Part shown: piece by piece, positions 37,626 to 51,666 of the stretch
Layout: each line of letters begins with the position of its first letter
Position numbering within the stretch: position 1 is the stretch's first letter
NCBI RefSeq assembly: GCF_001194135.2
Contig: NC_068987.1
Span: 92,865,240-92,929,239 of the forward strand
Reading direction: 5' to 3'
Source: Octopus bimaculoides
Lineage: Eukaryota
DNA: 64,000 nucleotides
The notes under the pieces: model-generated
Seen by the model: the letters and a program-made list of their open reading frames with translations, nothing else
What the model was told of the DNA's origin: nothing
The model's database searches: none
Program-made: the position numbers and the translations under genes

Positions 37626-40600
37626 CGTGTTGTATGCATAAAATCAACCAGGTTCTTGTTTCCATTCCATTCTTTGATTTCTTACGTCCACAAACATTCT
37701 TGGCGCCCTTTTGCACTCTTCCTGAGAAAAGATGATCCTCAGCAGTAATTTGCAACTGACAGTATATCAAAAATAGCAAAATTTTGTGGACTTCATTCTC
37801 GAAAATGTGTGTTTCGGAGATCAGCTTTTGCAAAATGGCCGCATTTGTTACCCTGCTTTTCCATTCTGCCAAACATCCGCAATTCAAAGGCTTCTAACTG
37901 TTCCTCTATTGCTCTGAATATTATCCAAGTTTTTTTTATTGAAATAAATATCATTTAAGCTTTATTTATTCTTATTCATTTATATTCATACATATGTACG
38001 AGGAATATGGTTAAATAAACATGCACACAAATCAAATAGAAATCAAATTCAGGACGATGTTGTTGATAACATTCTTTCTATACCGTCACAACTACCCTTT
38101 ACATTGAGAACGCTAGCATTTTTAATGGTTTCTAACTTATAGAAGTAATAGATTAGACACTTACATAATCGTACATAATGACCAGAATGACTGATTAGAT
38201 ATCCAGCAGTCGCTTGCCATAGTAAATCACGTGAAATATTCATTATTGATGACAAGTAAGTTCACTAATAACGATAATAAATGTTTTGTAAATATGCTCT
38301 ACTGTTTAAACATTTTCTTTCAAAAGATCCTGCAGTTTAAAATATCGTACATCGGTGAAGTTCAAAAATGTCGCAGATTTTAAATTTGACAATAGATAAA
38401 CAATTTTTAGATTTACCTGGGGCAGCTTTAAATGGATCCTCGAAAATCTTGAATTGTTTTCCGGAAATCTTGATAATTTTAGAATCTTATTGACCGGGTA
38501 ACTCTTATGTTGGTTGTTCAAATTTTTAATTGCTTGCAAAATCATAAATTTTACACCTTTTGCAGAACTACAATGCATTGTACTGACGACAAGTATTCTC
38601 GGATTTTGGCAGATGAAATAAGAAAACCAATTCGTGTTTACATGCGAAGTAGGGCTACAGAATGATTGAGTTATTAAATTCACTTTGCTCTCATGGTTTA
38701 TTTTGAAATCAAATCTAACAACCCCTTAGCCTCTCATGCCAGAAGCACGGTGAAGACGTCGACAGCAGTGCAGACGGACGATGGATAAGCAACAAGACTA
38801 ATGGCTTGAAGGTTATTGCGGCGACGCAGAAGGTCTCTAACATCAGACGACGGTTAGGCGTCGACTCAACAACTTCTTTAAAAATAGGTAACAGAAATGT
38901 GGATTAGTAGAATTAAAGATTGTCCAGCCTTCCTTAAATAATAAGCTAGGTCGTCAATAGACATAACCAGTACATCCCAGAGAAAATTTAGTATGATGAT
39001 TAGAGTTTTATCCTCAGAAAGCAAGTTAACTTATATGCAAATGGAGAGCTTATGATTCATATGACATAACTACAACAAATTACCATTTCATAAACGGCAA
39101 ATGTTGTTTTCGTTTGACTTTTCCCGTAAATGTTACCAGCCGAGATATGATCTCTCCCGCGTTGATCCTATGTAACATTAACAGACTAGCTATTAATGAA
39201 TGCCGCTAATCACCAAAAGTCAAATTACTTCTTGGTCATGTGATATGAGAAGGAGAAACCTCAACGTCTAAAGTAATCAGTGTCATTGATTGACTCGGGT
39301 TCGTTCATTACGATTTCCTAATGTGAATGTTTGGCAACGTTAAATTAGATCCTTATCGTGATTTGCTGAGTTGTGAATAGCGAAAGTCTTAGACGAATAA
39401 TGTAGGAAATGTTTGTATGGGTTTCAGGAAGACAGGCGTAGTTGATTCAACCAATTTAGAGCGTAGAATTATAGAGTGATTGAATTGCATTGAATGATTG
39501 AATCAGGGAATTAAACGAATGTATTTCAGCTAAAGTAATTTGGGTAGTTTAACCTCCAGAGAAAACATACGGTTCCTTCAATTTTAGCATCGGTGATTGC
39601 ATCGATGTGTCACTGAGACTTAGTGAACTTATTACCAAGTCTGATTTCTTAGTCAGCCTGTGTAATTATCATATAAAATGCAGAATTAAGCATCTAGTGC
39701 ACAAAACACATTACACGTCAGGTTTAGTTGAAGAAAATTCATAAGAAGAAAATAATTCCTCTTAAACATATGAATATAATTCACGACCGTTCATGCAACT
39801 CAAGAGTATAAATCTCTCGAATCTATAACATTTGCTAAAACGACAGTTATAAAAAGTTTACTAATAAATGCGTGAGTGTATAAAATCCTAGCTGAGCGAG
39901 GAAAATATAAAACGTAGGGATGATGTCTACATAAAACCTTTAAAGTTAACACATGTCCATATCAATATCTGATTATAAATGTAACCCATTCTCTATTTGA
40001 CAGAGCTTAGAATCCCACGAACACTACTTTAGTATGCAGGGATCCTACATCATTCCATCATGCATCTAAAATTTTCTCCCAACTCGTCGCCACACATTCT
40101 AGCACGCAAGAGGTTCGCAAAAATGTCTGTAGACATGGGAAGAAAATATACCATTCTGCTATACTGATGCCATTTATATAAAGAAACAGTCTTCATTTAG
40201 GTTCTCGTGCAACGCAACCAACTAAACAACCAGTTCCAAGAAGATTGCATTTGTCATCTCAAGGTATTTCTTCTCAGACGTTCACTTATAACCTGTACGT
40301 CCACATCTTCTAACTGCAATTCAGTAAAGAATACTCTTTATATTTGGTCATCTGCTATTATATAACTAATTTTTAGAACAGTTATATTAGGGCGAGAAAA
40401 ATATAAAAAACGTCGAAATGTTTTCAGTTGACATTTAAAGAACACGATTCCCGAACTAATCGAGGGGGTATTTGCTTACTGAAGTTCCAATTATCAAAAA
40501 TCTTTGGAAATACACTAGCACTGTACGTAATATTTTAATCTGTGCACCACTAGCAGACATCAGAAATGTTTAGAAATATGAGGTCCTTACACAAAACAAA

Positions 40601-40914
40601 ACGTCTCACAAATCTGTGAAGGAGAGCTTCTCAGGCGGAAAAAAAAGTGACAGGTTTTGGACAGACTGAATATACATAATAGAGATTGTGTGTAGTTTTG
40701 AATAAAACCATATTCAATACTCATTCTTAATAAAAACGAAATAAACTATACACAATTTAACAGGCAACAATTGTTGGCAGCATTCCTCTCTCACAATATA
40801 TTATTTTGCAATGAGCCTGCTGCGTTCTACTCAATATACATAGAACAGTTTTTCTCTAAAACATACATTTTATATTGAGGTAAAAATTATAAATTGAAAG
40901 TTCGATCAGATCCA

Positions 40915-40960
40915 ATCTTCTTCTTCTTCTTCTTCTTCTTCTTCTTCTTCTTCTTCTTCT
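40915..40960. repeat. (CTT)n microsatellite
   Basis: Direct observation. Confidence 0.95.
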
Positions 40961-43639
40961 CCAAATATTTTGTAATTAAAATCGTATGTTATCAGCTAAT
41001 TTATTTGGAAGTGTGATAAACCTCATTATTGTCGGAGAAGACGATTGTATTCGGAAAATCTTCACATTGTGCTATCCAACAAGAACTGATACCAGTAATT
41101 CCCTTCAGTATCACAGCTTAATCTATGGAGACGGTGAACGACATTGTCAGGGCTTAAAATATTCAGAATTGAATTGGCGATTGTTAGCTTTTGCGGATAT
41201 TAAGAGAACGTTCATATATCTTCTTCCGGGACGTTGCGTTTAACACATTTGGTAAGATGGAATGTTCCTTGGAACCGTTTCTGTCAAACATTCATTATCG
41301 AATGTTTTAGCTTAAATCGATGTTAGTACACGAGAGTTGCTTTGATGTTTGTTAATTCAAATATCTTATCCTCATCAGAACGGAGAAAGTCGTCGATAAA
41401 TTAAACATACAAATTTTGTCATTTTTGTGTGTATTCGGATAACTCTTGTTCCTTTGTGGAACGAAACTCTATATTTTGATATACTGCACAAAAATAATGT
41501 TATTCTGTATTCCATTTCATAATTAGGGTGATATTGTATCCCCATGTTTCGAATATATTGGCAGTATTTTTACAGATTTAGGGCTTTCAAGAACGTCTCC
41601 AACCTTTTTTGTGCCACGCCCTATAAGCAATGTTTTTGTTTGAAGGAAAATATCGGTGACATCATGGAATATTTAGTATGGCTTAACGAGTAGCGTGGTT
41701 TTCGAACCAACGCAGTTGTTGTTCTTTCACGAGGTAAACACATACTATAAGAACGAGGATATGGAGTAAGAGCTACACACTTGAAGTGTAACATAATATG
41801 TTTTTGTGCCGAAATATATTAAGTATTAAAAAGTAGTAGTTATGGATTTAGGTATGGATTTTGAAAAAAAATTATTTAGTGTATTTCGCAGAAACTTCAT
41901 CGAATTGGATAAGAGCTGATGACTTTCTTTCCATATATTTATTCAGCGGATAATATGCCTCAGTGAATTTTTATGTCTCCTATGTGGCCAATGAGAACAG
42001 AAAACTTAATAGACATTTGGCAAATGTATAAATCTTACTTAGTGACAAGAATAAGTTTTAATGCACGAAGTACAATGAATCTCTCGGCGGTATCTAAGCG
42101 GATTTTGGGCCGTGTCTTTATTGAAGACTTAAATAACATTGTTGCCTGTGCATTTGCCCAATATACTTGTAATCTTGACATTTGAAGCGAATTAATGAGA
42201 TGTGTGTCTAGGTCAGGTTGACGAAAACATACAGCAGAACATATGGAGAGCAAAGAAACCACAGCAAAAGCAAATATAAATAACGAATAACAATGAGGAA
42301 TATATCAGTTCTTTTAATATTGTTTCCTGATAAATCAATATTTCCTATTGCTGTTGATTCTGATATTTATTTATTTATTTTAGCAACACTGTGTGATATT
42401 CTTTTAAGTGAAATATCGTTTTACAATATTGACTGTGATTTTTCAAAGAGACAGACTCTAAACTTTATGACCTCATAAATTGATAAACAATAATCCGTTC
42501 TTTTTTTTTCTTTGTTTCCTCATGAAATGTAAACATAAAATAAATGTTAAAAAAAATCCCACACAATATTTCCACAAAGCATCACCACTAATCTTTTTAC
42601 TTGTACTGCTCTCAAAACTATTGTTACTGCTGTTGTCGTTGTTCCAAGTACGCATAATAATGATTTTTAGATTTTGTGCATATTGTCACAATATGTAGGG
42701 GAGGAAAGATTCGATTATATTGATATAATTCTACAATGGTAAAATTTGTATCGACATCATAATTTTCAATGCCAATGTTGACTTCATATAGATTTAAAAT
42801 TAGGTAGATGCACAAAATTTCTCTCTATGTGGCTACAAAATAACAACGGCATAAATAGTGAATACATAGAATCTGCCAGTGAAAACTGCTCAGCGTAATA
42901 AGTAAATAAGAATAATGTCAAAATACAAACATGTAATTAAGTAAAGCAACTCTTCAGAAATAGACAAAGCCAAAGCAATAGAACATTTTGAATAAACGTC
43001 ATGATAATGGGGGGAAAAAATCAAAGCAGATTTCTTAAATAAAATTTAAATTTGATGTTGAAACTAATACGCACTGTCGTAATTATTATACACGGAGTAA
43101 ACGTGACAGCATAAAATCTGACATCAGCTAAAATGTTACGGTCAAAATATTTTAATCAGTGTTGGAAGATAGGTCCTCCGTGATATATTTCAAAACCTTG
43201 ATGCCAAAAATACAGAATATTTCTTACAAATTAGCAACAAATCCGGGGTAAAACAATGATCTCACTACAGTAATCAGAACAACGATGAACGAATTTCAGC
43301 TTCTTTCAATCAGAAAAAGATGTCGAGATCGTGTGAAGTAAAATGAAGTTGCATAAATGAATTAATATGAAATATGTAACCCCGGAGAGGAATATTGAAG
43401 AAGAGAGCTCGCTTTAATGCAAATTTTAATTCAGTTGGTGCCTTTGACAAACAAACTGAAAAAAAAGTAAAAATCCTCATGAACTGGCTAAATGCAGAAA
43501 ATAAATAAATTCTCTACTATTCATGAATGGCATCAAATTTCAATGAAACATATTTTAATTCTGTAATCCAAACAATAAGAATGACCGTCACATTAATATG
43601 CGTTTTGTGTTGAGAAAGCATATAATAATAATAATTATT

Positions 43640-43725
43640 TATTTATTGCCCACGGGGGGCTAAACATTGAGGGGACAAACAAGGGATTAAGTCGATTACA
43701 TCGACCCGAGTGATTAACTAGTACA
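43640..43725 (-). mobile_element. SINE 3' fragment next to (TG)n
   Basis: Contains AAGTCGATTACATCGACCC, shared in reverse with the 3' body of the other SINE copies. Confidence 0.65.
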
Positions 43726-43755
43726 TATTTATGTGTGTGTGTGTGTGTATGTGTG

Positions 43756-43795
<40 letters not shown>

Positions 43796-44249
43796 NNNNN
43801 NNNNNNNNNNNNNNNNNNNNNNNNNNNNNNNNNNNNNNNNNNNNNNNNNNNNNNNNNNNNNNNNNNNNNNNNNNNNNNNNNNNNNNNNNNNNNNNNNNNN
43901 NNNNNNNNNNNNNNNNNNNNNNNNNNNNNNNNNNNNNNNNNNNNNNNNNNNNNNNNNNNNNNNNNNNNNNNNNNNNNNNNNNNNNNNNNNNNNNNNNNNN
44001 NNNNNNNNNNNNNNNNNNNNNNNNNNNNNNNNNNNNNNNNNNNNNNNNNNNNNNNNNNNNNNNNNNNNNNNNNNNNNNNNNNNNNNNNNNNNNNNNNNNN
44101 NNNNNNNNNNNNNNNNNNNNNCGTGCATTGACATTTTCATTCAAAATCTGCATGTGAAACTTCGCTTTAAATAATCTGCTGTTGAAATATTTCGTTATAT
44201 ATATCACCTAGGAATGAGTCTCGAATTATCCGATTGCACTTCCCTGTAG

Positions 44250-45100
44250 TACATATGAACGAATGAATCACATGGACCTTAGTATTGGGATTAACTCGCC
44301 GTCGACGAAGGCCCACCTACTATCTGAACTCACTGGCTGGTTGGATGGATACGTTATTCAGTTTTAGGTCCAGCGAGTTGGTTGTCCTCCTTGTTGAATG
44401 GTTTGGAATGATTAGCACGAGAAGAACATGTCGCTGGCGGGATTTGATTGGCTGCCGTGTTGATTAGTAGTACAAGGTCTATTTGTTTTGATTGGAGCTG
44501 GACAGAAACTGGATTTTGTTGGTTCATTACTTGTTGAGTTGTGTGAGTTATTGCTTTCTAAAGTAAATCAACTTATCTTGATCTTTATCTCGTGAAAGTC
44601 GTATTGATTCTGAATATATATCAGGATGGTGGCTGTTGATGTAACCACGGCAACGCTGTTAGGTTTTGTCATGGTGATTTTGGTATGCATGCAGTAATGC
44701 TGTTGCTGCTTCTATTTTCGATGGTTTGTCTATTTATTGCTGGCTTGTATTGGAATATAGGTGGGTTTTCTACGATTTGCATAATCGTGAATACATTAAT
44801 GAATGTTGTCATGGTTATTGCAGCATTATTGGTGCTGGTGTATAATATTCATTGCATTATAATTGTTGTTTGAAATGATGAAGATTTTGTTGGTCTTGTT
44901 CTTGTCAAAACAATCTCACTAGTCATTAAAGTTACGTTGTTTGTTCTTATTAATATATAAGTTTTTTGATGATGAGTGACAAATCTCCAAGTGTAAAAAT
45001 AGTCCCACTTAAAATTGAAGTGTAGTGAAGCAGTCTCACATTCAAAAACTGAAACAACATACTTACGAAGAAGCAGAGAAAACAAAAGTACTGAAATCAA
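44250..45100 (-). pseudogene. Degraded ORF resembling the N-terminal (pre-RT) region of a Penelope-like element
   Basis: One minus frame stays protein-like across scattered stops (KIEAATALLHAYQNHHDKT..IYSESIRLSRDK..KQ.LTQL), followed by a low-complexity linker. No catalytic motif, so the family call is tentative. Confidence 0.3.
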
Positions 45101-47631
45101 ACCAGAAATTCTATATTTTAGGAAAGCAGATTTATTGGTGTTTTCAAACCAATAATCGTTATTTTCGTCTATCCTTTGAAGTCGTTCCTTGAGCTATGTT
45201 TAACAGGTAAGTTTAACAGGTGCTGTAAAACTAAATAGCTAAGTTTCGGATATGTACTTAATTGACACGCAATATACTTTGCAGGGAGAGGAACATTGTC
45301 AGTGACCAGGTCTCAGTTAGTGCGACGAAAATGTTGACACCAAATAATAAGGAGTTCTTGTCTGCTTTTTTCTGTGTTCTACAGAGTCATACTGATAAAT
45401 ATTTATTAGCATATAAGTTATAAGGGAAACGATTAGATGTCTTCTTAATTTGTATATTTTCACACTGATAGACATACGTATAAACAGATACTGATACACA
45501 CATAAATATAAATATATACAGATATTTGTATTGCCATTGACGCACTTCGGTCTCCTTCCCACAGGCAGAAGACGCGTGCATACAAAAGTTCAAATAAAGA
45601 CATTTTTCAAAATTCTTATTTTATTTTATTCATTTTCTTTGTTGGGGAAGATCAAACACAGTGGGACACGCTCATGTTTGAATATTTTCTCGGAGTTTTC
45701 TCTGTAGGGTTGTGTTAAGGACAGGAATATGATTCTAGAATAAATGAGGATAAGGTTTATGGTTAGGGTATGTCTTAGGGTCAGCGTTTATGGATTCTGG
45801 AGGAAAAATATATTTTAGAGTAGAAGTTTAGAGTTTTTGGTTTTGAATTTAGGGTTAGACTTTCGGATTAAATTTCGGGTTTGGCATTTCATAGAGAGAA
45901 TATCTTCTGCCTATTCGTTTCTTTAAATTTTTGCTGAATTGCAGTCTCCTTCGTAAAAGAGAAATCCAAGAACCTGTCTAACAAACGAAGTACAGGTGCA
46001 TTTAATTTGTCTGATCTTTAATTTAAGTCTTTTATGTCATGATGTTAACGACAATTCTTTGTCCTGCAAGTTAAATCCCGGCAACGCCGGATTTATCTGT
46101 TTGCATTAATAATGAAAATAATTGCTTTAAACCTGCCAGAATATCAGATATCTTACTGTGAGTAGAGAGTCGATTACATCGTCTCTGTTATGTGAGTGAT
46201 ACTTTCGTTTCTCAGCTATGAGAGAATGAAAGACAATATTGACATCTGCGGTATGCATAGACAGGTTGTAAAGTGCGGGAAATTCGCAAAATGTTTCCCA
46301 TTTAACATAAAGCCACCAGCTTTAGGAACAGGATTTACAACATTACATTAACCCTACTGGCTAAATTGTACTAATTTTACTGACTCCAAAGTGACGGAGA
46401 AATTAGAACGCATAATGTAAAGCCGTTACTTTCTTCCAAACATTAATTATTCTTGCAGCACGCCGCGTTTTTCTAGCGTGATGTCTAAGGTGTTGAATAC
46501 TGAAATATTAGCATCATAGACATTTCTTGGTGGAACCTGAAAGAAAAAGGCAGTTACAATGAATGCAGGGATTGATACTACATCATATTTTTGATTTTAA
46601 CAGTTATTTATGGAGCATATTAAATTTAAATCTGTCTGACGTACCTTTTTGCTGCATACACATCTCACAATGGCATTTGCTTCAAGTTCCATTGATCTCA
46701 TCAGGTTAGTAGCCTCTGAAGATCGATTCAAAGTGCAGCTACGGTCATGGTTTGAAGCGAACTAAGAGTATGTTGGTTTAGCTAGCATTATATTAATAAG
46801 GGACTACAGTTTTTTGAGTGCAAAGAATGTGAGTAGAATATTTCGAATTCTGAATCTTAAATTAGGTTCGAGTATATTTCAACCATTAAACTTATACGCA
46901 CATATACGCATACATATCTGAAACTTAATGAGTTTCAGAGATATAAATATATAAGTCTACAATTCCTTATCATTGTAAGGTATACTTTAGAAATAAGACA
47001 TACGTAGAATTTACTTTTAAACCCAATGTTCATCTTTACTTAGATAAATCTAGTTTCTATTTTACTTGTAAAATTCGTCATCCTAGTTATGTAGTAAGTT
47101 ATTTCTTGTATGTAGTTTTACTTATGGGGAATCTTAGTTTCTACTATGATATAGTCAAGCTAGATATTACACTAGCTTGACGTTTACCATATAAACTCAG
47201 GTACCTCTTATATACGTGGTGCTTACTTTACTAAGAATCCTTTTTCTGGAAGTATTTGAAAGCCTATCTCTAAAGGTGTAGCCAGCCTAGGGCTTGCTTT
47301 TGTTCACTGTTTAGCAACTGGTGCTTTGGTACAAAAATATGGAATATTTTTTCTATGCATAAATTCCTCACTCCCCCGATTCATAACACACTGATCCGCC
47401 TATTATTTTCCATTCTATATCACAGCGAGTGTTTCTATCCCTTAGGAACCATATAAACAACATTCGATTTCACGTACTGAATTTTCTAACTATCCCTGAA
47501 GGAAGCTAAAGGATTTACTAGTCTTGCCTTCAAATTCGTCGAGCATCACCTCAAAATAGAGGTGTAAATATAATAACGAAATGCCTATGCAGAAGAAATA
47601 GGTTTAAATTAAATATGCTGTATAACTAATT

Positions 47632-47681
<50 letters not shown>

Positions 47682-47714
47682 AGTATTAATCTCGTATTCA
47701 TTCTAATTGTCTTA

Positions 47715-47925
47715 CATATATTCTTTTATTCTTATACTTGTTTCAGTCATTTGACTGCGGCTATGCTGGAGCACCGCCTTTAGTCAAATAAATCAACCCC
47801 CAGGAACAATTCTTTCTAAGCCTAATATTTATTCTATCGTTCTCGTTTGCCGAACTGCTAAGATGCGGGCATGTAAACACCAACATAGGTTGTCAGGTGA
47901 TGGTGGGGGGACATATACATATTGT
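47715..47925 (-). mobile_element. 3' half of tRNA-derived SINE (49782/58805 family)
   Basis: GTTTCAGTCATTTGACTGCGGCTATGCTGGAGCACCGCC...TTTGCCGAACTGCTAAG...GTTGTCAGGTGATGG matches the corresponding part of 58805-59190. Confidence 0.8.
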
Positions 47926-47944
47926 ATATACATCACAAGCATGA

Positions 47945-48200
47945 GAAATTGAGTTCGATCCTCGGACCGGGCCGTGTGTTGTGTTCTTGAGCAAGGCACT
48001 TTATTTCACATTGCTCCAGTTCCCTCAACTATAGAAATGAGTTGCAACGTCACAGGTGCCAAGCTATATCGGCCTTTGTATTTCCCTTGGATAACATTGG
48101 TGGCGTGGAGAGGGTAGGCTGGTGTGCATGGGCGACTGCTGGTCTTCCATAAACAACCTTGCTTGGAAGTTCAAGGTACAATCTCATGGCCAAAGGGGGT
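47945..48200 (+). mobile_element. SINE with B-box remnant and Meta-domain-like core
   Basis: GAGTTCGATCC followed by GTTGTGTTCTTGAGCAAGGCACTTTATTTCACATTGCTCCAGT, which resembles the MetaSINE central domain. Confidence 0.6.
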
Positions 48201-48226
48201 TTTGTCCTTTACCGTTATATATATAG

Positions 48227-48227
<1 letters not shown>

Positions 48228-48279
<52 letters not shown>

Positions 48280-48280
48280 G

Positions 48281-48317
<37 letters not shown>

Positions 48318-48324
48318 AATAATA

Positions 48325-48399
<75 letters not shown>
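48228..48399. repeat. Compound (TATC)n-(AAT)n microsatellite
   Basis: Direct observation. Confidence 0.95.
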
Positions 48400-48400
<1 letters not shown>

Positions 48401-48490
48401 ACTGTGAGATCTCTGACAACAGGTTGCTCTCCACTCTCAAAGGATAAAAAAAGACCGAGGGTTCTGAGAAGTAAAACAATAATAATAAAT

Positions 48491-49043
48491 GTCCCGATGT
48501 AGTACCAGGCATTGGCTCTGAGGGCTTGTGGTCTTCACTGATTGGAAGTGTTATCATGTACATGTTTTGACTTGATATAGAAGATGGACTACAGCAAATA
48601 TTCTACTGAATACCACAGATTTGCTTGCCAGTTGCATGACCTTAACCAGTTGATCATTCTCCTTGGTAGCTGAGGATATGTGCATCCCTGTTCATGTGCA
48701 AAAGTATTGGGAGAGCACCATAGCCATGTATTGAAAGGAATTGTGTGAGGTTTGAATAATTCACCTCTGGGAACATGGGTGTTTTCATCAGCATCCTTAA
48801 ACAACCCTTATTCGGAGACCTTTTGAGCAGGATAGGCTACGCGAGATGAATAAAATTCTGAGCCCCATCTGTAAGGTCATGCGTTGTTTATCTTGATATG
48901 AGATCACCATGTGGCGCGCATCTAGTTGTGATGCATGTATCTGGTGTACCCTTATGAGACGGGCAGTCATCATGAGTAGTATAATGAGCTTCGTGTATTT
49001 GCACCCCAGTGTCGATTTGATGGCGTGCATTGCTTTCTCACTC
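48491..49043 (+). mobile_element. Non-coding (AAT)n-embedded interspersed element, copy 2 (longest)
   Basis: Preceded by AACAATAATAATAAAT and ends TTCTCACTC|AATAATAAT. Collinear with copies 1 and 3. Confidence 0.85.
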
Positions 49044-49781
49044 AATAATAATATTGGTGCCTGATGAGAAATTAATATTCACAAAATACCTGCTGGACAT
49101 AGAACGCCAAAAAATGTGAATTTAATGAATTTCGTGCGGTGAAATAGTGGCGACCAGTATTTTGAAAAATATAACTGGAGAAGCGATATGAACTCTGAAA
49201 CAACAGAGGGTTTCACCACATTCTTTGCACATGATACAAAGGATTTGCCTCAAAAAAGCTATATGGAAATAATCGAAATCTCATTGCTATACAAATTATA
49301 AATTCCCAATTTAAGTGGTTAAATCGCTAGTAAGAATTTTTTGGTAATGATGAAAATAGATTCTCAGTTTATAATTAATTTTAGAGAAATATCATATTGT
49401 ATTAAAGTGGTTGTTCTTTAATGAATGCTCATGTAAACATTTCTATTCCCAATGATTGGTTGTCACAGTGGAAATACTAGAAATATTTGGAATATTGACA
49501 ATGGGGTTTGAAGAATTTGCAGCTGTTGAGTCATCACTGCCTTCTTAATATTCTTAGCTACAAGCATCACTTTTTCAGTTCTTATTCTGTTTTGTAAAGT
49601 CATATCAACAACTACTTCTGTCACCGTCGTTGATGATGAATTTAGTTATATCAGTCTGGGTACAAGTGGACCTTATTATGTTTTTTAAGTTTGTTGTTAG
49701 CTATGAATAAGGATTTGTTCCAGTGATATTAAACTTTCATTTGTTCAAACTTTTAACTTTGCTATTTGCACTAAATAATAA

Positions 49782-50150
49782 GCGCAGGAGTGACTGTGCA
49801 GATAAGCGCAGATGTGGCCGTGTGGTAAGAAGTTTGCTCTTCAAGCACATGATTTCGGATTAAGTCTTACTGAGTGGCACCTGGACAAAGTATCTTCTGT
49901 AGCCTCAAGCCCACCAGAACTTTATGAATGCATTTTCGTAAACAGAAATTAAAAGAAGCCCGTCATATATGTATTTATAACTATGTGTATGTATCTTTGC
50001 GGTTGTGCTGATGCGATTATGGCTCCGTAACATTGCGGTTCGACAAAAATAGATCGATAGAATGATTACCAGGTTCTAAAACGTACTGGAATTGATTCAT
50101 TCCACTGAAATTCTTCAAAGCAGTGCCCCTGCATAGCCGCAGTCTATCAA
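49782..50150 (+). mobile_element. Near full-length tRNA-derived SINE with a duplicated 5' end
   Basis: GCGCAGGAGTGACTGTG... then GCGCAGATGTGGCCGTGTGGTAAGAAG (A-box-like), a degenerate B box, TGGCACCTGGACAAAGTATCTTC, central GAAGCCCGTC plus simple repeat, and a 3' body. Confidence 0.8.
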
Positions 50151-51107
50151 GGATTACAGTTTAAAGTTTCTGGCAGCTGCTAGGTTAATGATATTACATA
50201 GGAGGATGAAATGTGGTATTAGATTATCAATGGTAACTCATACATTATGTGTATGTCGGTCCATCCTAGTCGATGTGGAATAATGATGTTTGTATGTATA
50301 ATATACTCTGGGACACCTAGATATGATCACCATATCCGGGATATAGATTATAATACGAATCTAGGTGGTAGAGGATCACACTGCGCAGAGACATATTGCG
50401 TTGTTATATGGGATAGGATACAACAGTTTGGTAATATGTTTTTCAATTTCCTCTCACAAGTGTGTTCTTGCAAGCGTATTTCAAGAATATGTTGCCAGAT
50501 TGTGTCAATATAAGTGAAAACTGAGATATTTCAATAATGGATGCGAGTAGTATGTGTCAAGACACGCGTACAGTTTGGAACTTAGTAGATTCACATTTGA
50601 AGATTATATTTTTTAACTTTCACCAATTTTTACCTATTTGTGTGAATGTCATTCTGCTTAACAACCAAATGTTAATAAACATATAGCTTAATGCCCTGAC
50701 AAGTCTAGGAACTTATCTAGTAAAAGACTAGATTAGTTTTTTTCTTTTTTCTTTTTTCCATGCATTAAAACTTACTAATAATGGTTTAGCATAGGTGGAC
50801 AAGCACAATATTTTTTAACGGACTAATATAGCCGTTTAAAAAAATGACTCCAGCGTACGGCACGAACAAAATCGATATCAGCGTGATTTCAATTAAGAGC
50901 ATAGAGGAAGAAAATAAATACGGTGAGGCATTCAATGCAACACTCTATCAATTTTGCTACTCGACTCTGTTCAATGTACGATTCATTATGCTGTGGCAAC
51001 AAACGTATTTCTGAGTCATTCTAATATTTTCAGCAAAATCAATTCCAGTCTTACACACGCAACCAATCTTGACGATGGGATGAAATGGAAAAATAAAGCT
51101 CCATATC

Positions 51108-51228
51108 AACATCATCATCATGGCCATCATCATGATCATCACCAACAACGTCATCATCATCATTATCATCGTCATCGTCATCATCATCATTGTCGTCGTT
51201 ATTGTTACTACTACTACTACTACTACTG

Positions 51229-51288
<60 letters not shown>

Positions 51289-51300
51289 TTGCTATTGTTA
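51108..51300. repeat. (CAT/CGT)n-(CTA)n compound microsatellite
   Basis: Direct observation. Confidence 0.95.
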
Positions 51301-51499
51301 TTACTAGCGTAGTTCTTGCTGTTTTTGATACTGTTATTAAATGACTTGTCAATGGGTTTCCTACTTTAATTCTCACAAGTTGTGTTCCATCTTTGCCAAG
51401 TTCACTCTGTTAAGCAACAAAAACGTTATTTCCTATTCACAAGCTATTGATACCGCGGTAATTACAACAACATTATCAAAAATAAAAGCAACAACTGCC

Positions 51500-51500
51500 T

Positions 51501-51551
<51 letters not shown>

Positions 51552-51560
51552 TTACTGCTG

Positions 51561-51600
<40 letters not shown>

Positions 51601-51601
51601 A

Positions 51602-51666
<65 letters not shown>
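51500..51666. repeat. (CTA)n microsatellite, about 55 units with few interruptions
   Basis: Direct observation. Confidence 0.95.

Noticed and set aside
47154-47181. Perfect 10-bp hairpin GTCAAGCTAG/CTAGCTTGAC
   Set aside because: About one such hairpin is expected by chance in 64 kb of AT-rich DNA, and no Helitron terminus is correctly placed.
49130-49300. Dong-like peptide (SDMNSETTEGF..AHD)
   Set aside because: A single loose motif with no flanking domains recognised.
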